From Gaiellaceae bacterium (GTDB lineage Bacteria; Actinomycetota; Thermoleophilia; Gaiellales; Gaiellaceae): a DNA stretch of 59,522 nt. A program made the position numbers and the translations under genes. Positions 18,073 through 29,851 of this stretch are shown here, piece after piece. The stretch spans positions 1 to 59,522 of the forward strand of contig JBFFGH010000001.1 in the NCBI GenBank assembly GCA_041557575.1, read 5' to 3'. Numbering within the stretch: position 1 is the stretch's first letter; the number at the start of each line of letters is the position of its first letter. Under the pieces are notes generated by a model. That model was not told the DNA's origin, made no database searches, and worked only from the letters and a program-made list of their open reading frames with translations.

Positions 18073-19491
18073 TCAGGCGTCGGAGCGCGCGCGGGCTTCG
18101 AGCTCACGGCGCGCCTCGATCTCCTCGAGGAGCGTCGCGATGCGCTCGATCGGCGAGACTGGCACGTCGCGCGGTACCGGCGGCTCCGCGCGCCCGTTGC
18201 CGTTGCCGACGCCGAGCGCCGCCACCGCCGACTCGGCGCTCTCGTCGATCGCCATGCGCTCCTCTTCGCTTCTCACCGGGAGCCACCGGGTCATGAGGAG
18301 CGCGACGAACGCCCCCGCGAGGTAGATCGCTCCCGCAGCGAGCCAGACCGCCCGGGCGCCGAACACGTCGGTGAGCACGCCCGCGGCCGCCATCGCGAGC
18401 CCGACGACGGCGTAGTTCGAGCTCATGATGGTCGCCAGCGCGCGGCCCCGGTACTGATCGGGCGCGCCCCGCTGCACGAGGAGCCGATTGCAGACGGCCG
18501 CAGCCCCGTTGCCGGCCGCCCCGCCGATGACGAACGGCACCGCCAGCCAGATCGAGCCGCTGAGCGCGGCGGCTCCCCACCCGACGCCCATGAGCGTGAT
18601 CGAGCCGATGTAGTGGCGCCGGAGGCCGACCTTCCCGAGCGCCGGGGCCGCCAGGAAGCTCCCCAGCGCGAGCCCGATGCCGCTCGCGGCGACGAGGACG
18701 CCGAAGCCGACGTTGCCGGCACCGAGGTCGTCCTTCGCGAACACGACCTCGGCCACGTTCACCGCCGCACTTCCGATCACGACGACGTTCCAGACGATGA
18801 GCACGGTGCGCAGAGGACGCGAGGTGAGGACGAGCCTGAGGCCGTCCGCGACGTCGCGCCAGTGGCCCTGCGCGACCGGTTCCTCCGATCGGAGCTTCCC
18901 GTCCGGGATACGCGCAACGAGCACGGCCGAGAGGAAGAAGGTCACCGCGTTGACGGCGTACGGCACCGACGGCGGCCAGACGGTGAGCATCACGCCGGCA
19001 AGGACGGGCCCGGCCATCATCGCCATCGTCTCGACCGTCTGGAGGAGCGAGTTCGCGTTCGTCAGCTCCTCGTCGTCGACGAGGTTCGGGAGGCCCGCGT
19101 TGGCCGCGGGATGGAAGAAGCCCGTCGCGATGCCGGACACCGCCGCGAGGGCGACGATGGCGCCCGGTGAGCCGACGAACGGCAGGGCGGCGAACACGCC
19201 GAGCCGGACGAGGTCGGAGACGATCATCAGGCGTCGCCTCGACAGCCGGTCGACGAGCGGCCCGAGGAGAAGCCCGATCAGGACGATCGGGAGGAAGTCG
19301 GCGATCAGCAGGCCGGCGACCCACGTGCCCGAGCCGGTGGCGTCGTAGACGCTCACCGTCAGCGCGACGGCGGCGAGGTACGTGCCGAAGCTCGACCCCG
19401 CTGTCGCGAGGAACAGATAGGCGAATGACGGCGACCGGCGAAGGAGGCCTAGACGGCTCGAGCTCTCCACGACCGTTGCTGACGGTACCAC
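18073..19491 (-). CDS. MFS transporter with a ~70-aa charged C-terminal tail
   Basis: 472 aa and polytopic. GTG start preceded by GAGG. Confidence 0.8.
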   Translation of the reverse strand: MVPSATVVESSSRLGLLRRSPSFAYLFLATAGSSFGTYLAAVALTVSVYDATGSGTWVAGLLIADFLPIVLIGLLLGPLVDRLSRRRLMIVSDLVRLGVFAALPFVGSPGAIVALAAVSGIATGFFHPAANAGLPNLVDDEELTNANSLLQTVETMAMMAGPVLAGVMLTVWPPSVPYAVNAVTFFLSAVLVARIPDGKLRSEEPVAQGHWRDVADGLRLVLTSRPLRTVLIVWNVVVIGSAAVNVAEVVFAKDDLGAGNVGFGVLVAASGIGLALGSFLAAPALGKVGLRRHYIGSITLMGVGWGAAALSGSIWLAVPFVIGGAAGNGAAAVCNRLLVQRGAPDQYRGRALATIMSSNYAVVGLAMAAAGVLTDVFGARAVWLAAGAIYLAGAFVALLMTRWLPVRSEEERMAIDESAESAVAALGVGNGNGRAEPPVPRDVPVSPIERIATLLEEIEARRELEARARSDA

Positions 19492-19584
19492 CTTGCCTCG
19501 TTTCTCTCTACGGCGCTTCAGGCCCTGTCCCGACAGGGCATGTGGGCAGAGTTCGCCGCTCGCGCGGTGTCGCCTGCCGGCGCC

Positions 19585-20232
19585 TCAGGCGCCGCGCATG
19601 GCGGTCTTCATGCGCCTGGCCACGATGCGCGCCAGACGCACTTCCTCCCCACGGGGTGTCGGGTTCAGCGCCGAGACGAAGAGGAGCCCGACCTGCGCCC
19701 TGCTCTGCTTGAGAGCGACGACGTCCAGAAAGCCGCGCAGGCCCTGCGCCTCGATGACGAGGCGGTACGCGGACGTCCGCTGCGCGACCTTCGGGAACCG
19801 GAGCCGCTCGAGAGAGGTGAGACGGCCGCCCTGTGCCGCGGCCGTCTTCGAGAACACCACGCGGAGGCACCTCTCGCCGGCCTTGCTCGTGCCCCGGCGC
19901 CACGACGCGTTCGAGTCGGCAACGGACTCGTAGACGCGGGAGAGCGACGACGTCGACGCGACACCGCCCACGAAGCTCGGGGACTGCGCCTCGCCGGTGA
20001 TCGTGAGGTCGGACTCGTCCAGCGCCTTGCAGTAGACGTCTCCCTGCCCGGACGGCGACGGCGCGGTCATGAACCCGCTGCCGAAGTCCGCCTTCCGGAG
20101 CACCATCGCCTTCGCGCGTGCCTGATCTGCACGGGTGATCCGCTTCTGGGGATCACCGCGCGCGGCGAGCGCAGCGCCGGCGACCGCAAGCGCGAGGACG
20201 AGCGCGATGGCGAGGGTGCGCCGCACGGCCAC
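19585..20232 (-). CDS. secreted hypothetical protein
   Basis: ORF 19585..20337 trimmed to GTG 20232 because metH ends at 20246. The N-terminus VAVRRTLAIALVLALAVAGAALA looks like a signal peptide. Confidence 0.6.
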   Translation of the reverse strand: MAVRRTLAIALVLALAVAGAALAARGDPQKRITRADQARAKAMVLRKADFGSGFMTAPSPSGQGDVYCKALDESDLTITGEAQSPSFVGGVASTSSLSRVYESVADSNASWRRGTSKAGERCLRVVFSKTAAAQGGRLTSLERLRFPKVAQRTSAYRLVIEAQGLRGFLDVVALKQSRAQVGLLFVSALNPTPRGEEVRLARIVARRMKTAMRGA

Positions 20233-20245
20233 AGGGTACGGCCGC

Positions 20246-23200
20246 TCAGGGCTCGTAGGCGAGATTGGGTCGAAGCCAGCGCTCGGCCTCACCCAGCTCG
20301 ACGCCCTTTCGCTCCGCGTAGTCGGCGACCTGGTCACGGCCCACTCGGCCGACCGAGAAGTACCGCGCCTGCGGGTGCCCGAGGTACAGGCCGCTCACGC
20401 TCGCCGCGGGCGTCGTGGCGCACGACTCGGTGAGGCCGATCCCGACGCGCGCCGCGTCGAGCAGGTCGAGGAGCGTCCGCTTCTCCGAGTGGTCGGGGCA
20501 GGCCGGATAGCCGAAGGCCGGCCGGATCCCGCGGAACCGCTCGCCGATCAGCTCCTCACCGCTCAGCTGCTCGGTGGGGGCGTACCACTCACGCCTGGCG
20601 ACCTGGTGCAGGCGCTCGGCGAATGCCTCCGCGAGCCGGTCCGCGAGAGCACGGGTCATGATCGCGTGGTAGTCGTCGTGCGCCGCCGCGAATGCCTCGG
20701 CGAGCTCGTCGGCTCCGTGGACGGCGACCGCGAAGGCGCCGAGGTGGTCACGGAGCCCCGTCTCCCGGGGAGCCACGTAGTCGGCCAGGGAGCGGTTGGG
20801 CCGGGTGTCGGCGTGGTCGGCCTGCTGGCGCAGCATCGGGAAGCGCGGGCCATCGTCGAGCGCGAGATCGTCCCCGACCGCACTCGCCTGCCAGAAGCCG
20901 TAGACGCCTCGCGCCTGCAGCGACCCCTCCAGCGAGATCCGGTCGAGCAGCTCGTTCGCGGCGTCGAAGAGGTCGCGCGCCACCTCTCCTCTCTCCGGGT
21001 CCTCGAGGATCGCCGGGAAGCGGCCCTTGAGCTCCCACGCGTGGAAGAAGAACGTCCAGTCGATGTACGGACGCAGCGTCTGGATGCTCTCCTCGACGAG
21101 GCGCGCCCCCGTGAACGCGGGCGCGACGAGGTCGTCCTCGTGCCACTCGACAGGAGTACGGCGAGCCCGGGCCTCGCGCAGCGAGAGCAGGGGCTTCGCG
21201 CCGCGCTCGGCATGGAGCGCGCGGAGGCGTTCCTGGTCGGATCGATTCTCGGCGTCGAGGCGTTCCCTGCGGCCGGCGTCGAGCAGGTCGGCGACGACGC
21301 CCACGACGCGCGACGCGTCGAGGACGTGGAGGGTCGGCTGCCCGTACTCGGGCGCGATCCGGACGGCCGTGTGCTGCCTCGACGTCGTCGCGCCCCCTAT
21401 GAGGAGCGGCAGCTCCAGGCCGCGTCGCTCCATCTCCTTGGCGACCGCGACCATCTCGTCCAGCGAAGGCGTGATGAGCCCCGACAGGCCGACGACGTCG
21501 CAGTCCTGCTCCACCGCGGTGTCGAGGATCCGGTCGGCGGAGACCATGACCCCGAGGTCGATCACCTCGTACCCGTTGCAGCCGAGGACGACGCCGACGA
21601 TGTTCTTCCCGATGTCGTGCACGTCGCCCTTGACCGTCGCGAGCACGATTCGCGCGGCCGACGAGGCCCCGGTCGTCTCCTCCTCCATGAAGGGCTCGAG
21701 GTAGGCGACCGCCCGCTTCATCGCGCGTGCGCTCTTGACGACCTGCGGCAGGAACATCTTTCCCGCGCCGAAGAGATCGCCCACGACCTTCATGCCGTCC
21801 ATGAGAGGGCCCTCGATCACGTCGAGCGGGCGCTCGGATGCCCGACGCGCCTCCTCCGTGTCCTCCTCGATGAAGTCCACGATCCCGTGCACGAGGGCGT
21901 ACGAGAGCCGGTCGGCGACCGGAGCCTCGCGCCACGAGAGATCGAGCTCGCGCCTGGTTCCGCCCCCCGTCACGGTCGCCGCGTGCTCGACGAGCCTCTC
22001 CGTCGCATCCGGCCTGCGATCGAAGATCACGTCCTCCACCCGCTCGAGGAGCTCGGGCTCGACGTCCTCGTAGACCGCGAGCTGCCCGGCGTTGACGATC
22101 CCCATGCCGAGCCCTGCGCGGATCGCGTGGTAGAGGAACGATGCGTGCATCGCCTCGCGGACGGCGTCGTTCCCGCGAAAGGCGAACGAAAGGTTCGAGA
22201 TGCCGCCCGAGACGAGCGCTCCCGGACAGCGCTCCTCGAGCAGCGGGATCGCGTCGATGAACGCCTTCGCGAAGCCTGCGTGCTCCTCGATCCCGGTCGC
22301 CACGGCAAGGACGTTGGGGTCGAGGATGACGTCCTCCGGGGCGAATCCCGCCTGCCCGGTGAGGAGGTCGTAGGCGCGCCCGAGGATCTCGACCTTGCGC
22401 TCCACCGTCTCCGCCTGCCCGCGCTCGTCGAACGCCATCACGACGACGGCCGCCCCGTACTTCCGGATCGTCCGCGCCTGCTCGAGGAAGGGCCCCTCGC
22501 CCTCCTTGAGCGAGATCGAGTTGACGACGCCCTTCCCCTGAAGGCACTTGAGCCCCGCCTCGAGCGCGGCGAACCGGGAGCTGTCGACCATGATCGGCAG
22601 GCGCGCGGCCTCGGGCTCGGTCGCGAGCAGGTTGAGGAACGTCGTCATCGCCTCTTCGGCGTCGAGCAGATCCGCGTCCATGTTGACGTCGAGCAGGTTC
22701 GCGCCACCCCGCACCTGCTCCAGCGCCACGTCGACCGCGCCCTGGAAGTCGTTCGCCTCGACGAGCCGCCTGAAGCGCGCCGAGCCCGTCACGTTCGTGC
22801 GCTCGCCGACGACGACGAAGCCCGTGTCGGGACCGATCACGAAGGGCTCGAGCCCGGAGTAGCGCGGAAGCCGTGAGCGCTCCGGGACGCGTCGAGGCGC
22901 GAGACCCGAGACCGCCCGCGCGATCGCGTGCGTGTGCTCGGGCGTCGTGCCGCAGCAGCCGCCGACGAGGTTGACCAGGCCGTCCTCCGCGAAGGACCTG
23001 AGGAAGCGGCTCGTGTCCTCCGCCTGCTCGTCGTGGAGCCCGAGCTCGTTCGGAAGACCGGCATTCGGATGGCACGAGACGTACGTGGAGCAGACCGCGG
23101 CGAGGCCCTCGAGGAACGGCCGCATCTCCGTCGCCCCGAGCGAGCAGTTGACGCCGACGATGAACGGCTCGGCGTGCTCGACGGAGATCCAGAACGCATC

Positions 23201-23872
23201 CGACGTCTGCCCCGAGAGGTTGCGGCCGCTCTTGTCGACCGCGGTGAACGAGAGCCAGAGCGGAAGCTCGGGAGCGACCGTCGAGGCGGCCACGATCGCC
23301 GCCTTCGCGTTCAGGGTGTCGAAGATCGTCTCGATCAGGAGGAGGTCGACACCCCCGTCGCGCAGCGCCGCGATCTGCTCCTCGTACGTCGCGCGCACCT
23401 GGTCGAACGTCACCGCGCGGAAGGCGGGGTCCTCCACCTTCGGCGAGAGCGAGAGCGTCACGTTGAGGGGGCCGACCGAGCCGGCGACGAAGCGCGGGCT
23501 CTCGGGGGTCCTCGCCGTCCAGTCGTCGGCCGCGCGGCGCGCGAGCCGCGCCCCCTCGAAGCTCATCTCCGGGGCGAGGCCCTCGAGCGCGTAGTCGGCC
23601 TGGCCGATGGACGTCGCGGTGAAGGTGTTCGTCGTCGCGATGTCCGCGCCGGCGGCGAAGTACGCATCGTGGATCTCGGCAACGATCTCCGGGCGCGTGA
23701 GGTTGAGGAGGTCGGGATCGCCCTTGACGTCGCGCGCGTGCTCACGGAGGCGCTCGCCGCGGTACTCCTCCTCCGAGAGCCCCCGGCGGTGGATGAGCAC
23801 GCCCCAGGACCCGTCGAGCACGAGGATCTTCTCGGCGAGGAGGCTCTCGATCTGTTCTCTCGTATCCCTCAC
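20246..23872 (-). CDS. metH: cobalamin-dependent methionine synthase
   Basis: About 1208 aa with Hcy, pterin, B12 (DVHDIGKN) and AdoMet-activation modules. The start is probably GTG 23872, 9 nt after GGGAG. The TTG 23878 used by the track lies only 3 nt from that SD. Confidence 0.95.
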   Translation of the reverse strand: MRDTREQIESLLAEKILVLDGSWGVLIHRRGLSEEEYRGERLREHARDVKGDPDLLNLTRPEIVAEIHDAYFAAGADIATTNTFTATSIGQADYALEGLAPEMSFEGARLARRAADDWTARTPESPRFVAGSVGPLNVTLSLSPKVEDPAFRAVTFDQVRATYEEQIAALRDGGVDLLLIETIFDTLNAKAAIVAASTVAPELPLWLSFTAVDKSGRNLSGQTSDAFWISVEHAEPFIVGVNCSLGATEMRPFLEGLAAVCSTYVSCHPNAGLPNELGLHDEQAEDTSRFLRSFAEDGLVNLVGGCCGTTPEHTHAIARAVSGLAPRRVPERSRLPRYSGLEPFVIGPDTGFVVVGERTNVTGSARFRRLVEANDFQGAVDVALEQVRGGANLLDVNMDADLLDAEEAMTTFLNLLATEPEAARLPIMVDSSRFAALEAGLKCLQGKGVVNSISLKEGEGPFLEQARTIRKYGAAVVVMAFDERGQAETVERKVEILGRAYDLLTGQAGFAPEDVILDPNVLAVATGIEEHAGFAKAFIDAIPLLEERCPGALVSGGISNLSFAFRGNDAVREAMHASFLYHAIRAGLGMGIVNAGQLAVYEDVEPELLERVEDVIFDRRPDATERLVEHAATVTGGGTRRELDLSWREAPVADRLSYALVHGIVDFIEEDTEEARRASERPLDVIEGPLMDGMKVVGDLFGAGKMFLPQVVKSARAMKRAVAYLEPFMEEETTGASSAARIVLATVKGDVHDIGKNIVGVVLGCNGYEVIDLGVMVSADRILDTAVEQDCDVVGLSGLITPSLDEMVAVAKEMERRGLELPLLIGGATTSRQHTAVRIAPEYGQPTLHVLDASRVVGVVADLLDAGRRERLDAENRSDQERLRALHAERGAKPLLSLREARARRTPVEWHEDDLVAPAFTGARLVEESIQTLRPYIDWTFFFHAWELKGRFPAILEDPERGEVARDLFDAANELLDRISLEGSLQARGVYGFWQASAVGDDLALDDGPRFPMLRQQADHADTRPNRSLADYVAPRETGLRDHLGAFAVAVHGADELAEAFAAAHDDYHAIMTRALADRLAEAFAERLHQVARREWYAPTEQLSGEELIGERFRGIRPAFGYPACPDHSEKRTLLDLLDAARVGIGLTESCATTPAASVSGLYLGHPQARYFSVGRVGRDQVADYAERKGVELGEAERWLRPNLAYEP

Positions 23873-23879
23873 GAACAAC

Positions 23880-23905
23880 GGCTCCCGCCTAAGAGGTCGG
23901 GAGCC
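23880..23905 (-). promoter_or_regulatory. 8-bp GC hairpin whose 3' arm contains the metH SD (GGGAG)
   Basis: Minus strand reads ggctcccg-acctcttagg-cgggagcc. It sits inside a ~150-nt intergenic leader. Confidence 0.4.
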
Positions 23906-24029
23906 GCGAGGCCCTCGGGCTCTTTAGGCGTTTGGTAACCCGGTCGCCAAGCTGCCGTTCAAAGCTCTCCGGGGCGAGCTCAGGCTAGCGAATACGCCCG
24001 CCGCTCGACAATCCCTGCCCGGTGCCCGA

Positions 24030-24626
24030 CTACGCGGCGAACGCGGCGAGCGCGTCGCGCCCCGTGTCGGTGATCGGCTCGCCGTGGGCGAGGAGAAGGT
24101 GGCGGAACTCGAGCTCCGCGAGGCCTCGGTACGACGCGCGCAGGCCCTCCTTCGTCCGCTCGGGGTCGTCCATGAGGAAGTCCGGCACGAACCCGAGCCC
24201 TCCGGCCTGCTCCATGCGCACGGCACCGTCCGCGACCGCGAGGGCCTCACGGGCGGGGATGAAGAGCGCGGTCTCGTCGGGGCAGATCGCTCCGACGCGG
24301 TGCGCGACGACTCCGCCGGGAAGCTCGTCCCCGAACTCGAAGGGCTCGACGACCTCGCCGTGCGTGAACTCGTGCATACCCTCCCGGACGCACCGCACGG
24401 TCGCACCGAATCTCTCGGCGAACGCCCCGCTCGACCGGTAGTGGTGACGGTTCGTGAGCAGGACGTCCGTCGGCGCGCCGTGCTCCTCGAAGAAGTCGAG
24501 ACCCGTGCTCGGCGCGAGTGGATCGATGACGATCCGCTCGGCTGGAAGGTAGTACGAGGAGACCGGGACCTTGATGCGCGGGTGCGTCTCGACCCAGTGC
24601 CAGATCCCGGGGGCGATCTCCTTCAC
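24030..24626 (-). CDS. MBL-fold-like protein with a degenerate metal motif
   Basis: ORF 24030..24737 trimmed to GTG 24626 because atpC ends at 24649; GAGGG SD. LLTNRHHYRS sits where HxHxDH is expected. Confidence 0.6.
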   Translation of the reverse strand: MKEIAPGIWHWVETHPRIKVPVSSYYLPAERIVIDPLAPSTGLDFFEEHGAPTDVLLTNRHHYRSSGAFAERFGATVRCVREGMHEFTHGEVVEPFEFGDELPGGVVAHRVGAICPDETALFIPAREALAVADGAVRMEQAGGLGFVPDFLMDDPERTKEGLRASYRGLAELEFRHLLLAHGEPITDTGRDALAAFAA

Positions 24627-24648
24627 GACGCGGCCCTCGTCACCGTGG

Positions 24649-25080
24649 CTAGCCGGTGGTGCGGCCGGAGACGGCGAGCTGGTTCTCGGCGTGCTTGATG
24701 CGCTGCTCGAGCTGCCAGCGGTCCGCCTGGGACTCACCGGCCTCGACCTTCTCGAGCTCGCCCTTCGCAGCCTCGAGCTGGGCGCGAGCCCGCTCGTCGT
24801 CGATCTCCTTGACGTTCACCGCGTCGTCGACGAGCGCGAGGGCGCGGTCGAGCTCGACCTTGAAGAAGCCGGGGCCCGTGGCGAACTCGACCACCTCCGA
24901 CTCGTCGAGATAGATCCGCGTCGAGCCGGACTTGAGCGTCGCCACGAGAGGAGCGTGACGGGCGAGCACGCCGATCTCACCGGCGGCGCCCGGAACGACC
25001 ATCATCTGCGCCTCGCCGTCGAAGACAGCCCCGTCCGGCGTGACGAGCGCGACGTCGAACTTGGGATGGGTCTCCGCCAT
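24649..25080 (-). CDS. atpC: F1 ATP synthase epsilon subunit
   Basis: 143 aa with the typical N-terminal beta-sandwich sequence VTPDGAVFDGEA. It follows atpD. Confidence 0.9.
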   Translation of the reverse strand: MAETHPKFDVALVTPDGAVFDGEAQMMVVPGAAGEIGVLARHAPLVATLKSGSTRIYLDESEVVEFATGPGFFKVELDRALALVDDAVNVKEIDDERARAQLEAAKGELEKVEAGESQADRWQLEQRIKHAENQLAVSGRTTG

Positions 25081-25089
25081 CGGCGCCCG

Positions 25090-26631
<1,542 letters not shown>

Positions 26632-26632
26632 C

Positions 26633-26638
26633 TATCCT
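26633..26638 (+). promoter_or_regulatory. -10-like box TATCCT, 8 nt before GTG 26647; leaderless candidate
   Basis: TAnnnT hexamer with G at -14. Confidence 0.35.
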
Positions 26639-26646
26639 GGCCACTC

Positions 26647-27141
26647 GTGAGCTCGAGGACGAAACAGCTGCTGGTCGCGGGCGGAGTCATCGTCGCAGCC
26701 GTTGTCGCGGTTGCGATCGCGCTTGCCGCCGCGGGGGGCGGCAAGGAGACCGCCACCAAGGCCGAGTATCAGGTGACGATCGTGAGCGCCCGCGACCGTG
26801 TCGACTTCGCGTTCGCGGACATCACGAAGTCGGACTCCGTCGAGAACCTCATCGAGCGCCTCGACACGGCCTCGCTGCGCATCGGGGCCATCGCCGACGA
26901 CGTCGACAACGCCGCGGTGGCGAAGGGCTTCGAGGATCTGAACGCAGAGCTCGCGGAGAGGCTGGATCGCTTCTCGGGTGCGCTCGCGGCGACCGCAGAC
27001 CAGTTCCAGGATCCGTCCTCCGCCGGGTTCTCGCTCGAATCCCTCAACAGTCTCGGCTTCAGCGAGTGGGACGAGGTCAACGCGACCCTTGCGGAGATGC
27101 AGAAGAAGGGCCTGAAGGTCGAGCTGCTCGCGCGGCACTGA
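26647..27141 (+). CDS. membrane-anchored hypothetical protein
   Basis: In-frame part of ORF 26353..27141, starting at GTG 26647. One N-terminal TM helix (LLVAGGVIVAAVVAVAIALAAAG) followed by an acidic helical domain. High GC3. Confidence 0.55.
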   Translation: MSSRTKQLLVAGGVIVAAVVAVAIALAAAGGGKETATKAEYQVTIVSARDRVDFAFADITKSDSVENLIERLDTASLRIGAIADDVDNAAVAKGFEDLNAELAERLDRFSGALAATADQFQDPSSAGFSLESLNSLGFSEWDEVNATLAEMQKKGLKVELLARH

Positions 27142-27235
27142 CCGCAGCCCCCCGGCCGACGAGCCGCACGCCGTCACGACGGACGTAGGCGCGCCGTGCA
27201 GGCCGCTCAGAGCCTTCGGCCGGGGCCGAACGCGA

Positions 27236-27676
27236 TCAGATGGGAATGACGTTGCCCGAGTGCTGCGAGAACGTGCGGCCGGCCACGAAGATCTGCTTGA
27301 CCTCGCGCTCGAGCTGCATCGATGTCGGATAGCGCTCGGGCTCTCCGAAGCCCGAGTCGGACGGTCGCTGGGCGAGCTGCGAGGCCACACCGAAGAAGAC
27401 GAGCGCGAGCGCGGCTGCCATCCCGATCTGGGCTCGCGCGACCCACGTCCGCGCCGGGGGACGAACGACGACGGGCCTCTCGAGCGGCTCGAGGGGTGCC
27501 GCGCGCAGAAGGTCCGTGACCGTTAGAGCGCCGGACTCGAACGCCCTGCACTCGGCGCAGCGCACGATGTGCGCATCCACCATGCGAGACTCGAGCTGGG
27601 AGAGATCCCCGTCGAGGCGCAGGGAGATCTGGGATCGAACCCGATCGCAGACAACGGACCGCGAAACCACCGTCAT
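27236..27676 (-). CDS. zinc-binding (ZAS, zf-HC2) membrane anti-sigma factor-like protein
   Basis: 146 aa. Cys10 and His36-x3-Cys40-x2-Cys43. One TM helix near residues 78-100. SD AAGAAGG. Confidence 0.7.
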   Translation of the reverse strand: MTVVSRSVVCDRVRSQISLRLDGDLSQLESRMVDAHIVRCAECRAFESGALTVTDLLRAAPLEPLERPVVVRPPARTWVARAQIGMAAALALVFFGVASQLAQRPSDSGFGEPERYPTSMQLEREVKQIFVAGRTFSQHSGNVIPI

Positions 27677-27734
27677 GCCTTCTTGGACGAGCCCGCGCGG
27701 TGGGAGTTAGGGGACAACCCGCGGGCCATGAGCG

Positions 27735-28820
27735 CTACTGGCCCGCCGCCGTCGAGACGACGTCGAGCGGCTTCATGACCTCCGGGAAGTGACAGGCGAC
27801 CGGATGGCCGCCACCGGACGGGACCGTGAGCGGAGGCTCTTGCTCCTCGCAGACCTGCTGCGCCTTCCAGCAGCGAGTCCGGAACCGACAGCCCGAAGGC
27901 GGGTCCGCGGGGCTCGGGACATCGCCCTTGAGCACGATCCGCTCTCTCTTTCCCCGCACGTTGGGGGACTCGATCGGGGCGGCGGAGAGGAGCGCCTGCG
28001 TGTACGGATGCATCGGGGCTCCGTAGAGCTCCTTGCGCGTCCCGACCTCGACGAGCTTGCCCAGGTACATCACGGCGACGCGATCGGAGATGTGTCGGAC
28101 GATCGAGAGATCGTGCGAGATGAAGAGGTAGGTGAGGCCGAACTCCCTCTGCAGCTGGACCATCAGGTTGACGACCTGCGCCTGGATCGACACGTCGAGC
28201 GCCGAGACTGGCTCGTCGAGCACGAGCATCCGCGGGTTCAGGGCGAGCGCGCGCGCGACACCGATTCGCTGTCGCTGGCCGCCGGAGAACTCGTGTGGGA
28301 ACCGGTTTCCGTGCTCGGGGCTGAGACCGACCGTTCGCAGCAGCTCCTCGACGCGGCGGCGGCCCTCTGCACCCTTGTAGAGGCCGTGGATGCGAAGCGG
28401 CTCGGCGACGATCTCCCGCACGGTCATACGAGGGTTCAGCGACGCGTACGGATCCTGGAAGACGATCTGGACATCCCTCCGGATGGAGCGCATCTGCCGC
28501 CTCTTGAACTTCGTGATGTCGCTCCCGTCGAAGACGATGTGGCCCGCCGTCGGCTCGACCAGCTTGATGATCGTGCGACCGAGCGTCGTCTTGCCGCAGC
28601 CCGACTCGCCGACGACGCCCAGGGTCTCGCCCTGCCGGATCGTGAGATCCACACCGTCGACCGCGCGGACTTGACCGACCGTTCGCTTGAAGAGCCCCGC
28701 CTTGATCGGGAAGTGCTTGACGAGGCCCTCGACGCGGAGGATCTCGCCCGGGTCGCGCGCAGGCGCGGCCTCCGGGGCAGCCGTCTCCACGGTCGCTGCT
28801 GACGTCTCCACTTGCCTCAC
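27735..28820 (-). CDS. Opp/Dpp-type peptide ABC transporter ATPase (OppF-like)
   Basis: 361 aa. Walker [10 protein letters not shown] and signature FSGGQRQR. Its GTG overlaps the upstream TGA stop (GTGA). Confidence 0.9.
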   Translation of the reverse strand: MRQVETSAATVETAAPEAAPARDPGEILRVEGLVKHFPIKAGLFKRTVGQVRAVDGVDLTIRQGETLGVVGESGCGKTTLGRTIIKLVEPTAGHIVFDGSDITKFKRRQMRSIRRDVQIVFQDPYASLNPRMTVREIVAEPLRIHGLYKGAEGRRRVEELLRTVGLSPEHGNRFPHEFSGGQRQRIGVARALALNPRMLVLDEPVSALDVSIQAQVVNLMVQLQREFGLTYLFISHDLSIVRHISDRVAVMYLGKLVEVGTRKELYGAPMHPYTQALLSAAPIESPNVRGKRERIVLKGDVPSPADPPSGCRFRTRCWKAQQVCEEQEPPLTVPSGGGHPVACHFPEVMKPLDVVSTAAGQ

Positions 28821-29851
28821 GCTCCCTCGGCTGCCGCCGCCCGGGCCATGACGTGCTGGGCCTCGAGCTCCTCGACGAAGTGGCAGGCCGAGAGGTGCTG
28901 TCCCGCCGCACCGAAGGTTCGGAGCTCGGGGACGTCGGTGCGACAGATCTCACGCCCCTGCGAGAACGCGCAGCGCGGATGAAATGCACACCCCGGCGGG
29001 GCGGTGATGAGGCTCGGAGGCTGGCCCGGGATCGGCTCCAGCCACTCCTGGTCGAGGTCGACCCGCGCGAGGCTGTTCATGAGCCCGACCGTGTAGGGGT
29101 GACGGGGCTCGTTGAAGATCGTGAAGACGTCTCCGAGCTCGACCACACGGCCCGCGTACATCACGACCACGCGATCGGCGAGCTCCGCGATCAGCCCGAG
29201 GTCATGGGTGATGAGGATCGTGGCGGCATGGGTCTCCCGCTGCGCAGCCCGCATCACCTCGATGATCTGAGCCTGGATCGTCACGTCGAGCGCCGTCGTG
29301 GGCTCGTCGGCGATGAGGATCTGCGGCTCGTTCGCGATCGACATCGCGATCATGGCGCGCTGGCGCATGCCTCCCGAGAACTCGTGGGGATACTGCTCGT
29401 ATCGACGCTCCGCGTACGGCACGCCGACGAGGTCGAGGAGCTCGATCGCGCGTTTCCTGGCGTCGTCGTCCTTCGTCCCCGGGTTGTGCGTCTGGATGGC
29501 TTCCGCGATCTGGTCGCCGATCGTGAAGACCGGGTTCAGCGACGTCATCGGGTCCTGGAAGATCATCGCGACCTCGCCGCCCCGAATGTCTCGAAGCTCC
29601 TTCTTCGGAAGCGTGAGCAGGTCGCGGCCCTTGTACAGCGCTTGACCGTCGACGATGCGGCCCGGCGGGACGGGAATCAGTCCCAGCATCGCCATGACCG
29701 AGACGCTCTTGCCCGATCCGGACTCGCCGACGACACCGAGCGTCTCGCCCGGGTAGAGGTCGTACGTGACGTCGGTGACCGCATGGACGATCCCGTCCTC
29801 GGTCGCGAACTCGACCGTCAGGCCGTCGACGGAGAGGATGGGATCAGGCAC
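28817..29851 (-). CDS. Opp/Dpp-type peptide ABC transporter ATPase (OppD-like)
   Basis: 344 aa. Walker A GESGSGKS and signature FSGGMRQR. Confidence 0.9.
   Translation of the reverse strand: MPDPILSVDGLTVEFATEDGIVHAVTDVTYDLYPGETLGVVGESGSGKSVSVMAMLGLIPVPPGRIVDGQALYKGRDLLTLPKKELRDIRGGEVAMIFQDPMTSLNPVFTIGDQIAEAIQTHNPGTKDDDARKRAIELLDLVGVPYAERRYEQYPHEFSGGMRQRAMIAMSIANEPQILIADEPTTALDVTIQAQIIEVMRAAQRETHAATILITHDLGLIAELADRVVVMYAGRVVELGDVFTIFNEPRHPYTVGLMNSLARVDLDQEWLEPIPGQPPSLITAPPGCAFHPRCAFSQGREICRTDVPELRTFGAAGQHLSACHFVEELEAQHVMARAAAAEGA

Noticed and set aside
23873-24029. Assigning the metH leader to a named riboswitch class (SAM-I, SAM-IV, SAH or cobalamin).
   Set aside because: I could not find the conserved core sequences of these classes by eye. 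I report only the hairpin and SD sequestration and leave the class open.
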